Of a DNA stretch of 64,000 nucleotides, positions 12,910 to 25,982 are shown one piece after another. The stretch is from Eledone cirrhosa (lineage: Eukaryota): positions 190,278,001 through 190,342,000 of the forward strand of contig OZ024741.1 in assembly GCA_964016885.1 (NCBI GenBank), read 5' to 3'. The notes below the pieces were generated by a model. That model was not told the DNA's origin. It saw only the letters and a program-made list of their open reading frames with translations, and ran no database searches. Each line of letters starts with the position of its first letter. Position 1 is the first letter of the stretch. Both the position numbers and the translations under genes were made by a program.

Positions 12910-13900
12910 TCTAAACTATAATAAAGTAAGACTACGGGACTGCGTACGGTTTATTTCTTTTAATCCAGTTAATAAAATAAGTTGGATTACTTTGAATAAA
13001 TAATGAATGAATATTACATTATTTATCTACTAAATTTCGTGGCTATTGATTAAATATATTTTGTTTATTTAAAGATTCACTTCTTTAAAATTTTCAAATG
13101 TCAACACTTCCGGTTGGCCATCGTTTAAATAAACATACTAATTTTCTCCTAATGCAGTTTATATATAATATCGTCTTTTTTTAATGTATCATGGATTACG
13201 TTACTGATTACATAAGACAGTGTAACGCAGTCTTCGTTCAATTTCTATGTATAATATCAATTACGATTTTATTTGATGTATCATATCTACATGTATATAT
13301 ACTTGCGTATAATATCATTATACACACTACACATGCTAGCAGATATATAATATCGTCTTTTTTTAATGTATCATGGATTACGTTACTGATTACATAAGAC
13401 AGTGTAACGCAGTCTTCGTTCAATTTCTATGTATATTGTCAATTACGATTTTATTTGATGTATCATATCTATATGTATATATACTTGTGTATAATATCAA
13501 TATACACACTACACATGCTAGCAGATATATAATATCGTCTTTTTTTTTAATGTATCATGGATTACATTACTGATTAAATAAGACAGTGTAACGCAGTCTT
13601 CGTTCAATTTCTATGTATATTGTCAATTACGATTTTATTTGATGTATCATATCTACATGTATATATACTTGCGTATAATATCATTATACACACTACACAT
13701 GCTAGCAGATATATAATATCGTCTTTTTTTTTAATGTATCATGGATTACATTACTGATTAAATAAGACAGTGTAACGCAGTCTTCGTTCAATTTCTATGT
13801 ATAATGTCAATTACGATTTTATTTGATGTATCATATCTACATGTATATATACTTGCGTATAATATCATTATACACACTACACATGCTAGCAGAAAACCAC
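12910..13900 (+). mobile_element. Non-autonomous Helitron (same family as 5335) with an internal tandem array
   Basis: A|TCTAAACTATAATAAAG start, homology to 5335-5630, ends in ACACATGCTAGCAGAAAACCAC. Confidence 0.75.
13161..13893. repeat. Tandem repeat, ~182-184 bp x4
   Basis: Unit ATATATAATATCGTC...ACACATGCTAGCAG recurs at ~13161, 13343, 13525 and 13709. Confidence 0.95.
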
Positions 13901-15513
13901 CCTTCGGGTTTAATATGATGCTTACAGAACGAAAACAAACAAATATAATATATACAAAGGAAAGGAAAACGAAAAAAAAAAGAAAGTGAAAAAATACACA
14001 AGCACGTAATGCACACATCTAAGACCACGTAGGCTGGATAATGTAGTTAGCTAACAGAACACGGTATTTTAGGATTTTGTTCCGTTCAGCTGCGGATTCT
14101 GTAGCTCTCGCCCTTACCGCTGTATCCAGGATATGGGAAGAAGCAAAAGAGTCACTAACTGTGATGTCCCATTCACACAAATACACATACTTTCACACAA
14201 ACACACATTCACACATATGCATTTACACAAACACACACATGCAGTCATACAGTCATGATAGCGTTCGGTGAATTGGAAATGGGGGGGGGGGGGTAAAAGT
14301 ACAACTTTTTATTTATTTATTAACAACACAGTTTAACTCTTTTTTTTTTAAAACTCATTTCTATAAAAATTTAATATAATGATTACAGAACGAAAACACA
14401 AACAAATATAATATATACAAAGGAAAGGGAAAGAGAAAAAATACACAAGCACGTAATACACACATCTTAGACCACACAGAACAATATGCAGGCGAAAGAG
14501 TGGAAAAACGAGACGCTACCAGAGCAAAAGATAGCAATATAGCGAGGAGCACTGGGAAACCTCTCTAATAATTTTTGAGGCAAGCCAGCACGCTCGCAGC
14601 GTTACCTGGGGTAATGGCGAGGCTGAGGTACTGTAACAACCAAGTGTCCTCACGAGCATCTCCAGTTACCTCTGTTTGGCGAACCGCCAGTGACTCTTTT
14701 GATTCTTCCCACATCTTGAATGTAGCGGTAAGGGCGAGGGCTACAGCATCCGCAGCTGAACGGAACAAAATCCTAAAATACCGTGTTCTGTTAGCTAACT
14801 ACATTATCCAGCCTATGTGGTCTTATATGTGTGCATTATGTGCTTGTGTATTTTTTCTCTTTCTTTTTCCTTTCCTTTGTATATATTATATTTGTTTGTG
14901 TTTTCGTTCTGTAAGCATTATATTAAATTTTTATACAAATGAGTTTTAAAAAAAAAGAGTTAAACTGTGTTGTTAATAAATAAATAAAACGTTATACTTG
15001 TTTTACCCCCCCCCCTCCCTCCATTTCCAATTCACCGAACGCTATCATGACTGTATGCGTGTGTCTGTGTAAATGTATGTGTGTTTATGTAAATGTATAC
15101 GTGTGAAAGTATGTGTAATTATCTGAATGTATGTCCGTGAGCGTGTATTTTTATAAGTTTGTGTTTGCGTGATGATAGTTATATGCTCATACATATAGAT
15201 GTATGTACATGCACAATCATACGCGTCAGCGTGTAGAAAATCATAATCACTCTATCTCTCTCATCACAAACTCTCTCTTTCTATATATATGGTAGTTGAA
15301 GTGGTGGTGGTGGCAACAATATACCAGAAGTGTAGAAATGTTAAACTTTGAAAAGAAGTCAATTTTAAATTATTTATATTTACGAAATTTAGTACATAAA
15401 TTATGTAATATTCATTCATTATTTATTCAAAGTAATCCAACTTATTTTACTAACTGGATTAAAAGAAATAAACCGTACGCAGTCCCGCACTTCTTACTTT
15501 ATTATAGTTTAGA
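13886..15513 (-). mobile_element. Minus-strand Helitron of the same family carrying rearranged CRE-like RLE 3' fragments
   Basis: Reverse-complement 5' end at 15382-15513 and minus-strand end CGAAGGGTGGTTTTCTGCTAG at 13886. Internal peptides AAERNKILKY and LLQYLSLAITPGNAASVL resemble the C-terminus of the 7341 element. Confidence 0.6.
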
Positions 15514-15724
15514 TTTAGCTTCAAAGAGCGTGAAAAATATATATATTGCCACGAAAAAAGCCATTAAAAGATCGCGATTCCGCGAATGTGCGGTCGTTTA
15601 CATGAATAATTCTTAGTTAGGTTCTAAGGGAAATTCCGCGAATAACCGGGTCCGCGAACGCCGGGAGTACACTATATATATATATATATATATACAGTGT
15701 ACTCCCGGCGTTCGCGGACCCGGT

Positions 15725-15763
<39 letters not shown>

Positions 15764-15767
15764 TATA

Positions 15768-16240
15768 CTAGGTATTTTAGAACGCGGGCCGCCAACAGAC
15801 CTAATCGTGGAAAAACTGCTTGCCTGGACAATATGTAAAGAAAATAAACCGAAAACTCTGATGGCTGGATAATCTTTACGATTTTCCTCGATGAAGCAGG
15901 AAAAATGCAGGTTTTCACCTAATGCCTAGGGGATCAAGAAAATGAGTTTTTTTTATGTGCATAATATGCCTTGAAATTTCGGGAAAATCGGTTAGACGTA
16001 ACGCCTCAAAATAGCCATAAAAAGCTGAAAAATGAAGTTTTTCACCTAATGCGGGCCCTAGGCCATAAAAAGTTGGATTTTCTTTGCTCACGGTATGAAG
16101 AAGAGACTGAATAATACATAGTTACAATTTTAAGGAAATCGGTCTGACGTAACGCCTCAAAAAACACATAAAAAGCTGAAAAAACGCAGTTTTTCACCTA
16201 AGGGATCAAAAGGGATCACCTAGGGGATCAAAAACTTGAA
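15768..16240 (-). mobile_element. Inverted partial copy of the adjacent Helitron, with ~120-bp internal subrepeats
   Basis: Reverse complement of ~16360-16815. Ends AAATACCTAG|T on the minus strand. Confidence 0.8.
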
Positions 16241-16247
16241 TTTATTA

Positions 16248-16846
16248 TCTATATAAATAAAACTGAGGATGTATGTGTGTGTGTGTGAGTTTGAATCCCT
16301 AAAACTCGAGAAGTACCCAACCGATTCTTTTCAAACTTTACATGTGTATTACTTTTTTATCCCCTAGGGCTAGCATTAGGTGAAAAACTGCGTTTTTTTC
16401 AGCTTTTTAGGTGTTTTTTGAGGCGTTACGTCAGACCGATTTCCTTGAAATTGTAACTATGTATTAGTCAGTCTCTTCTTCATATCGTGAGCAAAGAAAA
16501 TCAAACTTTTTTTTATAGCCTAGGGCTCGCATTAGGTGAAAAACTTCATTTTTCAGCTTTTTAGGGCTATTTTGAGGCGTTACGTCTAGCCTATTTTCCC
16601 AAAATTTAAAGGCAGATTATGCAAACAAAAAGATTCATTTTCTTGATCCCCTAGGGCCTGCATTAGGGGAAAACCTGCATTATTCCTGGCTTCATCGAGG
16701 AAAATCTTAAAGATTATCCAGCCATCAGAGTATTCGGTTTATTTTCTTTACATATTGTCCAGGCATGCAGTTTTTCCACGATTAGGTCTGTTGGCGGCCC
16801 GCGTTCCAAAATACCTTATCCCGTGCAACGCCGGGTACCACTGCTA

Positions 16847-16847
<1 letters not shown>
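16248..16847 (+). mobile_element. Non-autonomous Helitron
   Basis: A|TCTATATAAATAAAACTG start, hairpin CCCGTGCAACGCCGGG, CTAG|T end. Confidence 0.88.
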
Positions 16848-16900
<53 letters not shown>

Positions 16901-18104
16901 GTATATAATATATATATATATATACAGAAGTCAATGCGTTTTCCACTCCAGATATTTTCTGTTATTTCGCAGCCATTTTTTTTATATTTGTACTCACTTA
17001 TTCACAAGGCCGTTTTTACACCCTGTATCTATGTGTCTGAGCGTCTTTATGTGTGTATACTTTCTGTATATGTACACGAACGCCTCCGTATGTGCGCGCG
17101 CGTGCGTGTGTATATATATGTGTGTGTGTGTGTGTGTTTTCATATCTGTGTTTTTACATCTATTTTTTTACATTCTTATTTTTATGTGTGCGCATGTAAG
17201 CGGGTCAACGTGCGTGAGTGTATGTATGTGTGTGTGTATGTGTGTGTGTGTACGTACTGAATGTATGGATGTGTAAGTGTGCGTATGTATATATGTCTGT
17301 GTTTATTTATGTGTGTGTATGTGTGTGTGAGTATACAGTCGCGTACGTACGACTGATTAGATATACATGGGGCGAGGTGTATGTATGTATATGTGTGCAT
17401 CATGTGTGTGTATGTATACTTGCATACGCTTTTGTTTGCACGTTTTGCGTGTATATATATATATATTTTATAGATATACGTTTCTTATAGATATATGTGT
17501 GTATGTACGCGTGTACCTTGTTTGTTTTCTTTACTTCGCAATTTTTTTCTTTCTAAATTATTGTTCCATTTTTATAAATATATCGAGAATGATACTTTCT
17601 TTTTACTATTACACTCCCTTACCTCTTTTTCTTCCGCATATGTACGCGCGTGTGTGTGTGTTTATACGCGTGCCTTCATATTCTTACAATGTATCTAATA
17701 CCCTGTTTTTCTGTATACCTGTCAAACGGACATTCATGTCTGTGTCTGTAGTTACATATACACAGATATCTTTACCCTCATATATATATTTACGCACACA
17801 TTTTCACTATACACACACATTTGTACATACATACATATGTACATCTGTGAGTGTATATACATACATATACACACACCTAACTATATTTCTTAAAAAATGT
17901 TTAATATATTTTATATGTCTATTGTATTACCTTCACCTATATTTACATAATTTTTCTTGCATTTCTTGAGGAGACTTTCCAAATATTTAGCTATGTTTTA
18001 TATTGCCTCGTCCGACGAACGAATGAAGACGTTTCTTTCGTATTTGCCTTATTCGGGAAACCTCTGGTAATGAGGTAATTATATTGTAGTGTCGTTTTTT
18101 ATAC

Positions 18105-18202
<98 letters not shown>

Positions 18203-18233
18203 TATATACGTATACATATTATAATATAATATA

Positions 18234-18265
<32 letters not shown>

Positions 18266-18619
18266 GATAGATAGATAACATATAGGCTAAGTAGCTAAGT
18301 AGACATGAATGTACATTTTAACTATCATATAAATGGCAATCAAGAATTTTCTCCTATCATCTGCATTACTAGTCTAAGTGTTTCAGTGTTAATAGATCGG
18401 ACAATTACAATTAACCACTGAACTTTTAACATCTTGTAATGATTTAGCAGAAAATATCTAAAAATGAGTTTGTTAATTCAAATATCTATAGTACATTTAC
18501 TACAGGACAATTTTTGTAATATTAGAATAAAGGCTTATATCGTGCAGTTATAGTGTTGTTTTGTACTTTTTAAGAATGTCTTTCTATTGTAATTTCATCT
18601 GGTACATGACGTTGAGTCA

Positions 18620-18955
18620 GAGCTTCTTTGTTCACTTATTCCTGGCAAATTCCTCAAGCATGTCTTTCAGCGGGTCCTGTTAGAAGCAACCGTCTCCAGT
18701 TGAATCCGGTTGGATCCTCAAAAGAGACCAGCTGAGCTCATGATTGTTATCCAGCCATCTTGCTCGGGGTCTACCCCTAGGTTTCCTGCCGGTTGGTTTT
18801 TTCCCGTAAAATATGTCCAGATATTCTTTCCAGAGACATTCTAACTACATGTCTGTAATATTGGAGCTGTGATCTCTGAATTCGGAGAAGTAGCGGCTCT
18901 GCCTCGAAAAACTCTCTGATCTCCGAGTTACACACTCTATCAAGTCAAGAGATAC
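18620..18955 (-). pseudogene. RTE-clade LINE C-terminal fragment
   Basis: Manual translation: LDRVCNSEIREFFEAEPLLLRIQRSQLQYYRHVVRM...RGRPRARWLD. Confidence 0.75.
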
Positions 18956-19318
18956 ATTACCCTAGGAGCTAATTATTGGATTATATCTACTCTAGGATCA
19001 TTTGTAAAGGGAAAAGACAACACAATAACAGATAGAGTATAACATTGGAAAATACAACTGAAAGAATCAGCCCATATGTTTGGTTAAGATAACATCTCTA
19101 GGAGAATGATCTGACTGGTATTTGTATTTTGGGAAGAAGTGAATGTATATATGTTTATGCACACGCGCCCGCTCACACACACACACATACATACACAATG
19201 TGTATGTGTGCAGTTTAATAGGTGTGTATATAAACATTTACTGACACATGTCCAAAAGAAAAGCTGTTCATAGAAATATATACATACACGCTTGTTTATG
19301 CAATTTGGTGGGTAGTAA

Positions 19319-19397
<79 letters not shown>

Positions 19398-19458
19398 TAT
19401 ATATATATATATTAAAATATATATATATATATATATATTTATAAAACTGTTTATATTG

Positions 19459-19524
19459 TATTTTGTCCGAGGAAGGCATAGCATATTGTTAATATGTTAT
19501 CCCTGAAATATATATAATGAAATA
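19459..19524 (+). ncRNA. Minimal type I hammerhead ribozyme, core-mutated (CCGAGGA), in a Penelope terminal-repeat fragment (19440-19650)
   Basis: TATTTTGT-CCGAGGA-AGG..CCT-GAAA-TATATA-TA-ATGAAATA; homologous to the 24444 and 44777 copies. Confidence 0.65.
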
Positions 19525-19667
19525 AATATGGTTTTATAAATATAGTTTCCATTTATTTAATATTGTAAATATACTCCAAATATTTGTCGAGTGCTTTTAT
19601 ATCAGTTATAAATATTTACTAGTTGTAACCCAACAATTTAAATATAACTTTCCATATATATATATAT

Positions 19668-19748
<81 letters not shown>

Positions 19749-20879
19749 TTACTACCCACCAAAGTACATAAACAAGCGTGTGTGTATATATTTCTATGAA
19801 CAGCTTTTCTTTTGGACATGTATCAGTAAATGTAATATACATACCTATTAAACTGCACACATACACATATATATATATTTATTAAAATAACAGATTAAAG
19901 TTTAAGCAAAGAATCGCTGCTTTCACCCTTAACGGGATCTTCTGAAACTGACAAAGTCAATCTGTAAACGCAGAAGTGAATATTTCAAATAAACGTTGCA
20001 ACCGGAGGAAGACAGGAAGACAATACTTTGGTTCGTGGAAACGTTCCCTGGCAAAGAACGGGAAAAAACGATAATACGTCATTATTTGGAGCGGTGAAAA
20101 ACGATTACATGCAAAGACAGAACCACGTTTATGGTATAAAAGAAGTCGTAGAATAATATTCTCTTAGGTGGTTCATAGAGACGTTCTCTGGCAATGAACG
20201 GAAAAAAACGAAGATAATACGTCATATGTGGAGCGTGGAGAACAATTGCACGCAAAGACAAAACCACGTAAATGGTATAACTGAAGTCGTAGACTAAAAT
20301 TCTAACTAGGAAACCGAATGATTCTCCGCTTCAGAGTTAAGAATAAAGTAAATAAAATACAGAGGTAATTGAAATTAAATAAATATATACACGCATCCAA
20401 ATACGTACATACACAAGCATACGCGAAAACACTCGCCATAGGTTAACAAAAACACGCACATATAAATATGTGTGTGTGTGTGTGTGTGTGAGTGCGTGTA
20501 TATAAATAATTAAATAAACGTATATAAATAAATAAATACGTATATAACAAGCGCACACACATACCTACATGTAAATACACAAATGTTCGGAGACGAACGT
20601 CAACCAAAACACGAAGTACACATATACACACACCCTAGATACGTACGAACCCGCATACTCGCACAGACGCAAAACTCACGTATACACATAGCCAAAAGCG
20701 TATGTACCAGAATATATAAAAAATATACGCCATAACATATACAATCAAATATACGTACGAGAAAGTATACGTACCTTCACAAAACATACAGGTAATAAAT
20801 ACTTACCTATGCAAATAAGTAATGGTATAAACATAACATATATTTAGCTGCTACATCAAGACGTAAAATATCCGCGTAT

Positions 20880-21510
20880 AGATCGTACTATCCTTTAGGG
20901 TATAATGTGGGGCTGTAATACAGGAAGGTTTTGTGCAATTTATGTTTACAAGCCGAAATTGCCTCAGATTTTTTGTTTAAGATGTGGTCTGTGGCGTAGA
21001 GTATTTCCAGGGCCTCAGCGGCGCAGAGGTCACATGGTCTTTTATTTCCGTTATACGATCTAGCCCTAGCTAGGATCTCCCAGTGTAACTTATATTGGGT
21101 GTGATTGTCTTTTAGACTCCAGATTTAAGCTGAAAGTGACGTCATATTCCTTCTTAGAGGGTAACGAAAAGAATGGGTATGCATGTAAAGACGCTGCTTG
21201 AATCTATTGGCGGTTAACCCTATGTAGGCCCTACGGGACGTGGGTGTTTCAACCTTACATTTGTAGACAATGTTACTAGAGAGGCATTTCCTGGATAGGG
21301 GGCAATCAACCCGATTCCTACAATTACAGTTAGTACTAACTACAGGGTTGCACGTGTTCCTACGGCTAGGTAGTTTAGCTAAATTTGAAGCTGTGACGTT
21401 ATGTGCAAGGTTAGGAGTCGTAGAGTAAGAAATTTTAATAGTATTTCTATTAAAAATTGTACTATATTTATGTGTAGGAGCCCTCTTTGGATTTTAGTCT
21501 TCAAATTTAT
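20880..21510 (-). pseudogene. Penelope-like element GIY-YIG endonuclease 3' fragment (not in the ORF track)
   Basis: Manual translation: HKYSTIFNRNTIKISYSTTPN...CNCRNRVDCPL..KCLSSNIVYKC...YIGLT..RFKQR...WEILARA..YNGNKRPCDLCAAE. Confidence 0.85.
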
Positions 21511-21516
21511 TATTAT

Positions 21517-21587
<71 letters not shown>

Positions 21588-22328
21588 GAAACACACAGAT
21601 ACATGCGGACACACACATATATACATGAACGCATCCGCACCCAACTGTGAGTTAAGGGTGCCAACTTCACCGATGTTGCTCAATGAATGACTGGGACAGA
21701 CCAATTCAGTTTGAACCAGACTGAACCAGTATCAGAGTTAAAAATACATTATGAAGAGAGAAGAAACATTTAGATATAATTAGTAATAAAATGTATCATA
21801 CCTAAACTGTTCCTAAATTCCTCGACTACGTAGTTTCGTGGCATAAACAAAAACAATATATCAAAGATATAGAGTCCTTGCGAGGTCTGCCGACTTATCA
21901 AGAGGATACCTCATTTTACTAGTCTCAAGAACGCGTCTACACGACGTGAGAAAGAATCCCAAAAGGCGGAGGGGGAGATAGTCACGCGATATAACGGTCG
22001 AGAAACAGAGCTAAGCCTCTTATAACCACGAAGAAAATACCACGGAGGCGGAGGGGGTATTCATATCGAGGCCGTAGAAGAGGTAGTGAAGAAGGCGAGA
22101 AGTATGAGTAATGGAAGCTTTCCAGTTGTCCCCACACTTCAAAGATTGCTCGACCAGAGGGAGTTATTAATATATTTAGAAACACACAGATACATGCGGA
22201 CACACACATATATACATGAACGCATCCGCACCCAACTGTGAGTTAAGGGTGCCAACTTCACCGATGTTGCTCAATGAATGACTGGGACAGACCAATTCAG
22301 TTTGAACCAGACTGAACCAGTATCAGAG

Positions 22329-22415
<87 letters not shown>

Positions 22416-22527
22416 TTTACTACACACCAGAGTGCATATACACGCGTGTATGTATATATTTCTATGAACAGCTTTTCTTTTGGACATGTGTCGGTAAATG
22501 TATACATTAGACTGCACACATACGCAT

Positions 22528-22601
<74 letters not shown>

Positions 22602-24268
22602 CGGGGACATAGAAATAGTCGGACTGGACACCCGATCACGCGGTTAAACCACTGGGAGTGAAGGACCCCTAGCCTTTGTCAGGGCATTTTTCTAAGAGAA
22701 GGCAACTCAGGAAACTTGGATAACTCTGATATAAAACCTGCAGCTCAGTAGTTACTGATGATGTTGATCTTTTCTTCTTTTCAGGTTATAGTTACTGTTG
22801 CTCAGAGAGTGGGATTGGCTCAGTGCAAAAAAATGCCCCAAAACGGGGAGAAATGAGGTAAAATGGGGAGACTTTAGATAATGAAAGCTATACCCATTTT
22901 CACAAGAGAATACATCTCTCACCTACCCCAAAGTGGGTGGTAGATCTCCCCGGACGACGTGGAGAGTTGACAGGCCCGCAATATTGACCCCTCAGTGTAA
23001 TGAGCTGGAACAAATAATACAACACATTTTAAACAATACGAAACAACAAATAGTATATGAGTTTCCGATTTTGGCACAAGGCCAACAATTTTAGTGGAGG
23101 GGATAGTCAATAAAATTGACCCAGTACTCGACTGGTACTTATTTTATCGACCCCCGTAAGGATAACATAATATAATAATAAAATAAAAACAACAACTTGA
23201 AAGAGTTTCAAATTAGTTTATTATAAATCTTCATGAACAGCAGATCCAAATTAGATTTTTAAATAGAACAGACATAATAATAATAATTGTTTCTACTTTT
23301 GGCACAAGGCCAGAAATTAACCAGTACATTACTGGTACTTTCTTTTATCGACCCCGTAAAGTTAACCTTCGCGGGATTTGAACTCAGACCGTAAAGGGAC
23401 GTAACTATGCTGGAAAGCATGGCGTCCGACCCTCTACCGATACTGCCAATTCAGCGCCCTTTATTATAATAATAATAATAATAATGATTTCTACTATGGA
23501 CACAAGGCCAGCAGTTTGGGGGAGGAGAAAGTCGATTAAATCGACCCCAGTGTTAGTCTAGTACTTTATTTTATCAAACCCGTAAGGATGAAGGGCAAAG
23601 CAAACCTCGGCGGGATTTGAAGTCAAAATGTAAAGGGCCGTAACTATGCGACAAGGCACGTTTTCCGACGTCGGATAACATGCTTTGTCGCATATAATTA
23701 TGACCCTTTACGCCTTGAGTTCAATTCCCGCCAAGGTTAACTTAATAATAATAATAATAATGATAATAATAATAATAACTATATATATATATACTAATAA
23801 AGCTGACGGCCGTATGTATGTAACAAACTTTTCGCCAAACAGCTGAACCCAACGGCCAAGTAAGAAAGTGAGGGTATATTTGTCTACTAAAATTTGTTAA
23901 AAGATTAAAGATATTATTTAAATATTCACTTCCCGTTATACGACATTCCTCTCTCTTTCTTAGTCTGTCTTTTTGTATCTGATAGATACATAGCTATAAC
24001 GTCGCGCCCTTATAATATATCTCTGTATCTCTGCATTATTAAAGCATTCCTTTATACGTATATATACATACATAAACATGTTATTTACAGTTGTATAAAA
24101 AAGAAGTATAATTGTTTCTACTTTTGGCACAAGGCCAGCAATTATCCCAGTACATTACTGGTACTTTATTATATATAATACAACATTCCTCTCTCTTTCT
24201 TACTCTGTCGCACGCTTATAATATCTGTCTGTATGTCTGCATTAACTTCGCTTCTAACCAACTTTTAA

Positions 24269-24315
<47 letters not shown>

Positions 24316-24443
24316 AAGTTATATTTAAAATTGTTGGGTTACAACTAGTAAATATTTATAACTGATATAAAAGCACTCGACAAATATTTGGAGTATATTT
24401 ACAATATTAAATAAATGGAAAACTATATTTATAAAACCATATT

Positions 24444-24509
24444 TATTTCATTATATATATTTCGGGGATATCATATTAACAATATGCTATGCCTTCATCA
24501 GACAAAATA
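24444..24509 (-). ncRNA. Minimal type I hammerhead ribozyme in a Penelope terminal repeat (~24310-24600)
   Basis: TATTTTGT-CTGATGA-AGG..CCC-GAAA-TATATA-TA-ATGAAATA. Stem I pairs fully (2 GU); the first stem II pair is an A.C mismatch. Confidence 0.8.
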
Positions 24510-25569
24510 CAATATAAACAGTTTTATAGATAAATAGATTCGACATACCGTAATAAACACCGACTTCATTTGAAGAGGTTTACGCTAGCAGTGAAAATTT
24601 TATACAGAGAGAAAGAAAGAGAGAAAAAAAGAAAGAAAGACAAAACGAAGAAAAGGAAGAAAAAGAAGAAAAAGAAAAAGAAGAAATGCATGGAACAAAA
24701 TAGAGAGATGGAAAAATAGATAAAGCGAAGAGCTTCATGTAAAGAAACAGAAAGAGATATATATATAGAGAGAGAGAGGAAATAGAGATAGATACATATA
24801 TATATAGAAAATTAGGTAGTGGGAGGTCATTTTGAGTAAGTGTATCAATGATACATTTATTTATTTATTTATTTATTTAGCTCAAGTATTAATGTAAGGG
24901 AGATATATATAGAGAGAAAAAAATATATAGAGAGAGGAAAAAATAGCGAGAGAAAAAATTTAAAAATAGCCAGACATATTCGAGGCGTAGAAAACCCTAT
25001 GTTTTAATGTATTAGTATTTATAAAACTTACACTATATTGTAAATATCAGTATTCCTGAATGAAACAAGTATCCATAATGTGTGAAAATTAATTATCTTA
25101 TGTTTAGTTTTAAAAAATTCATATGTTTATGTGACAGCTACAAACATCCATGTGAATCCAACTGATTCACTCTGCAAACTCTAAATTACCGGAAAACATT
25201 CTCAATGTGGTATAAAAATTTGAGCGTATTATTATTCCTGTCATTACTCTACAAGATTATCTATCAAGCAGAAATAGAGAGCAGATTTCAATATACTAAT
25301 AAAAATATATATTATATTATAAACAAAACTAAAAATAAAAAGATAACAATAATAATAATAAGTAAAAATATATAATAGAAAACTAAAAAAAAAAAAAAAA
25401 AAAAAACTAAAAAAACTAAAAAAAAATATTACGAAAGAATATTACATAATAAAAATATTACATATTAAAAATACTACGTATTAAAAAATAATTACGTATT
25501 AAAAATTTACATATTAAAGATATTAAAAATAAAATAAAATAAAAAATAAAAAAATATTATAGAATACTA

Positions 25570-25835
25570 AAAAATAAAAATAAAAATAAAAATAAAAATA
25601 AAAATAAAAATAAAAATAAAAATAAAAATAAAAATAAAAATAAAAATAAAAATAAAAATAAAAATAAAAATAAAAATAAAAATAAAAATAAAAATAAAAA
25701 TAAAAATAAAAATAAAAATAAAAATAAAAATAAAAATAAAAATAAAAATAAAAATAAAAATAAAAATAAAAATAAAAATAAAAATAAAAATAAAAATAAA
25801 AATAAAAATAAAAATAAAAATAAAAATAAAAATAA
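25570..25835. repeat. (TAAAAA)n hexamer array
   Basis: Direct reading. Confidence 0.98.
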
Positions 25836-25982
25836 ACCACAAAGAACAACCCTTCAAAGTTAATTGACAATATATTGCCAAGTTCATTACAAGACAAAGC
25901 CAAAAATTATCTATCAAATCACATCTAGCAAAGAACATTTCAAAAAGATTATGATGTCCAATTAGGTCTACATATGTTCTTA

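Noticed and set aside
13161-13893. CRISPR-like array (also 26403-26620, 33265-33860 and 61120-61280)
   Set aside because: Whole units repeat with no unique spacers, there are no cas genes, and the context is eukaryotic
17960-18045. TTGAGGAGAC..GTCCGA and minus-strand GAAACGTC hammerhead-like fragments
   Set aside because: A complete core with paired stems cannot be assembled on either strand
25836-25980. Possible exon or captured gene fragment; likewise 29740-29890
   Set aside because: No convincing splice pair or recognisable peptide
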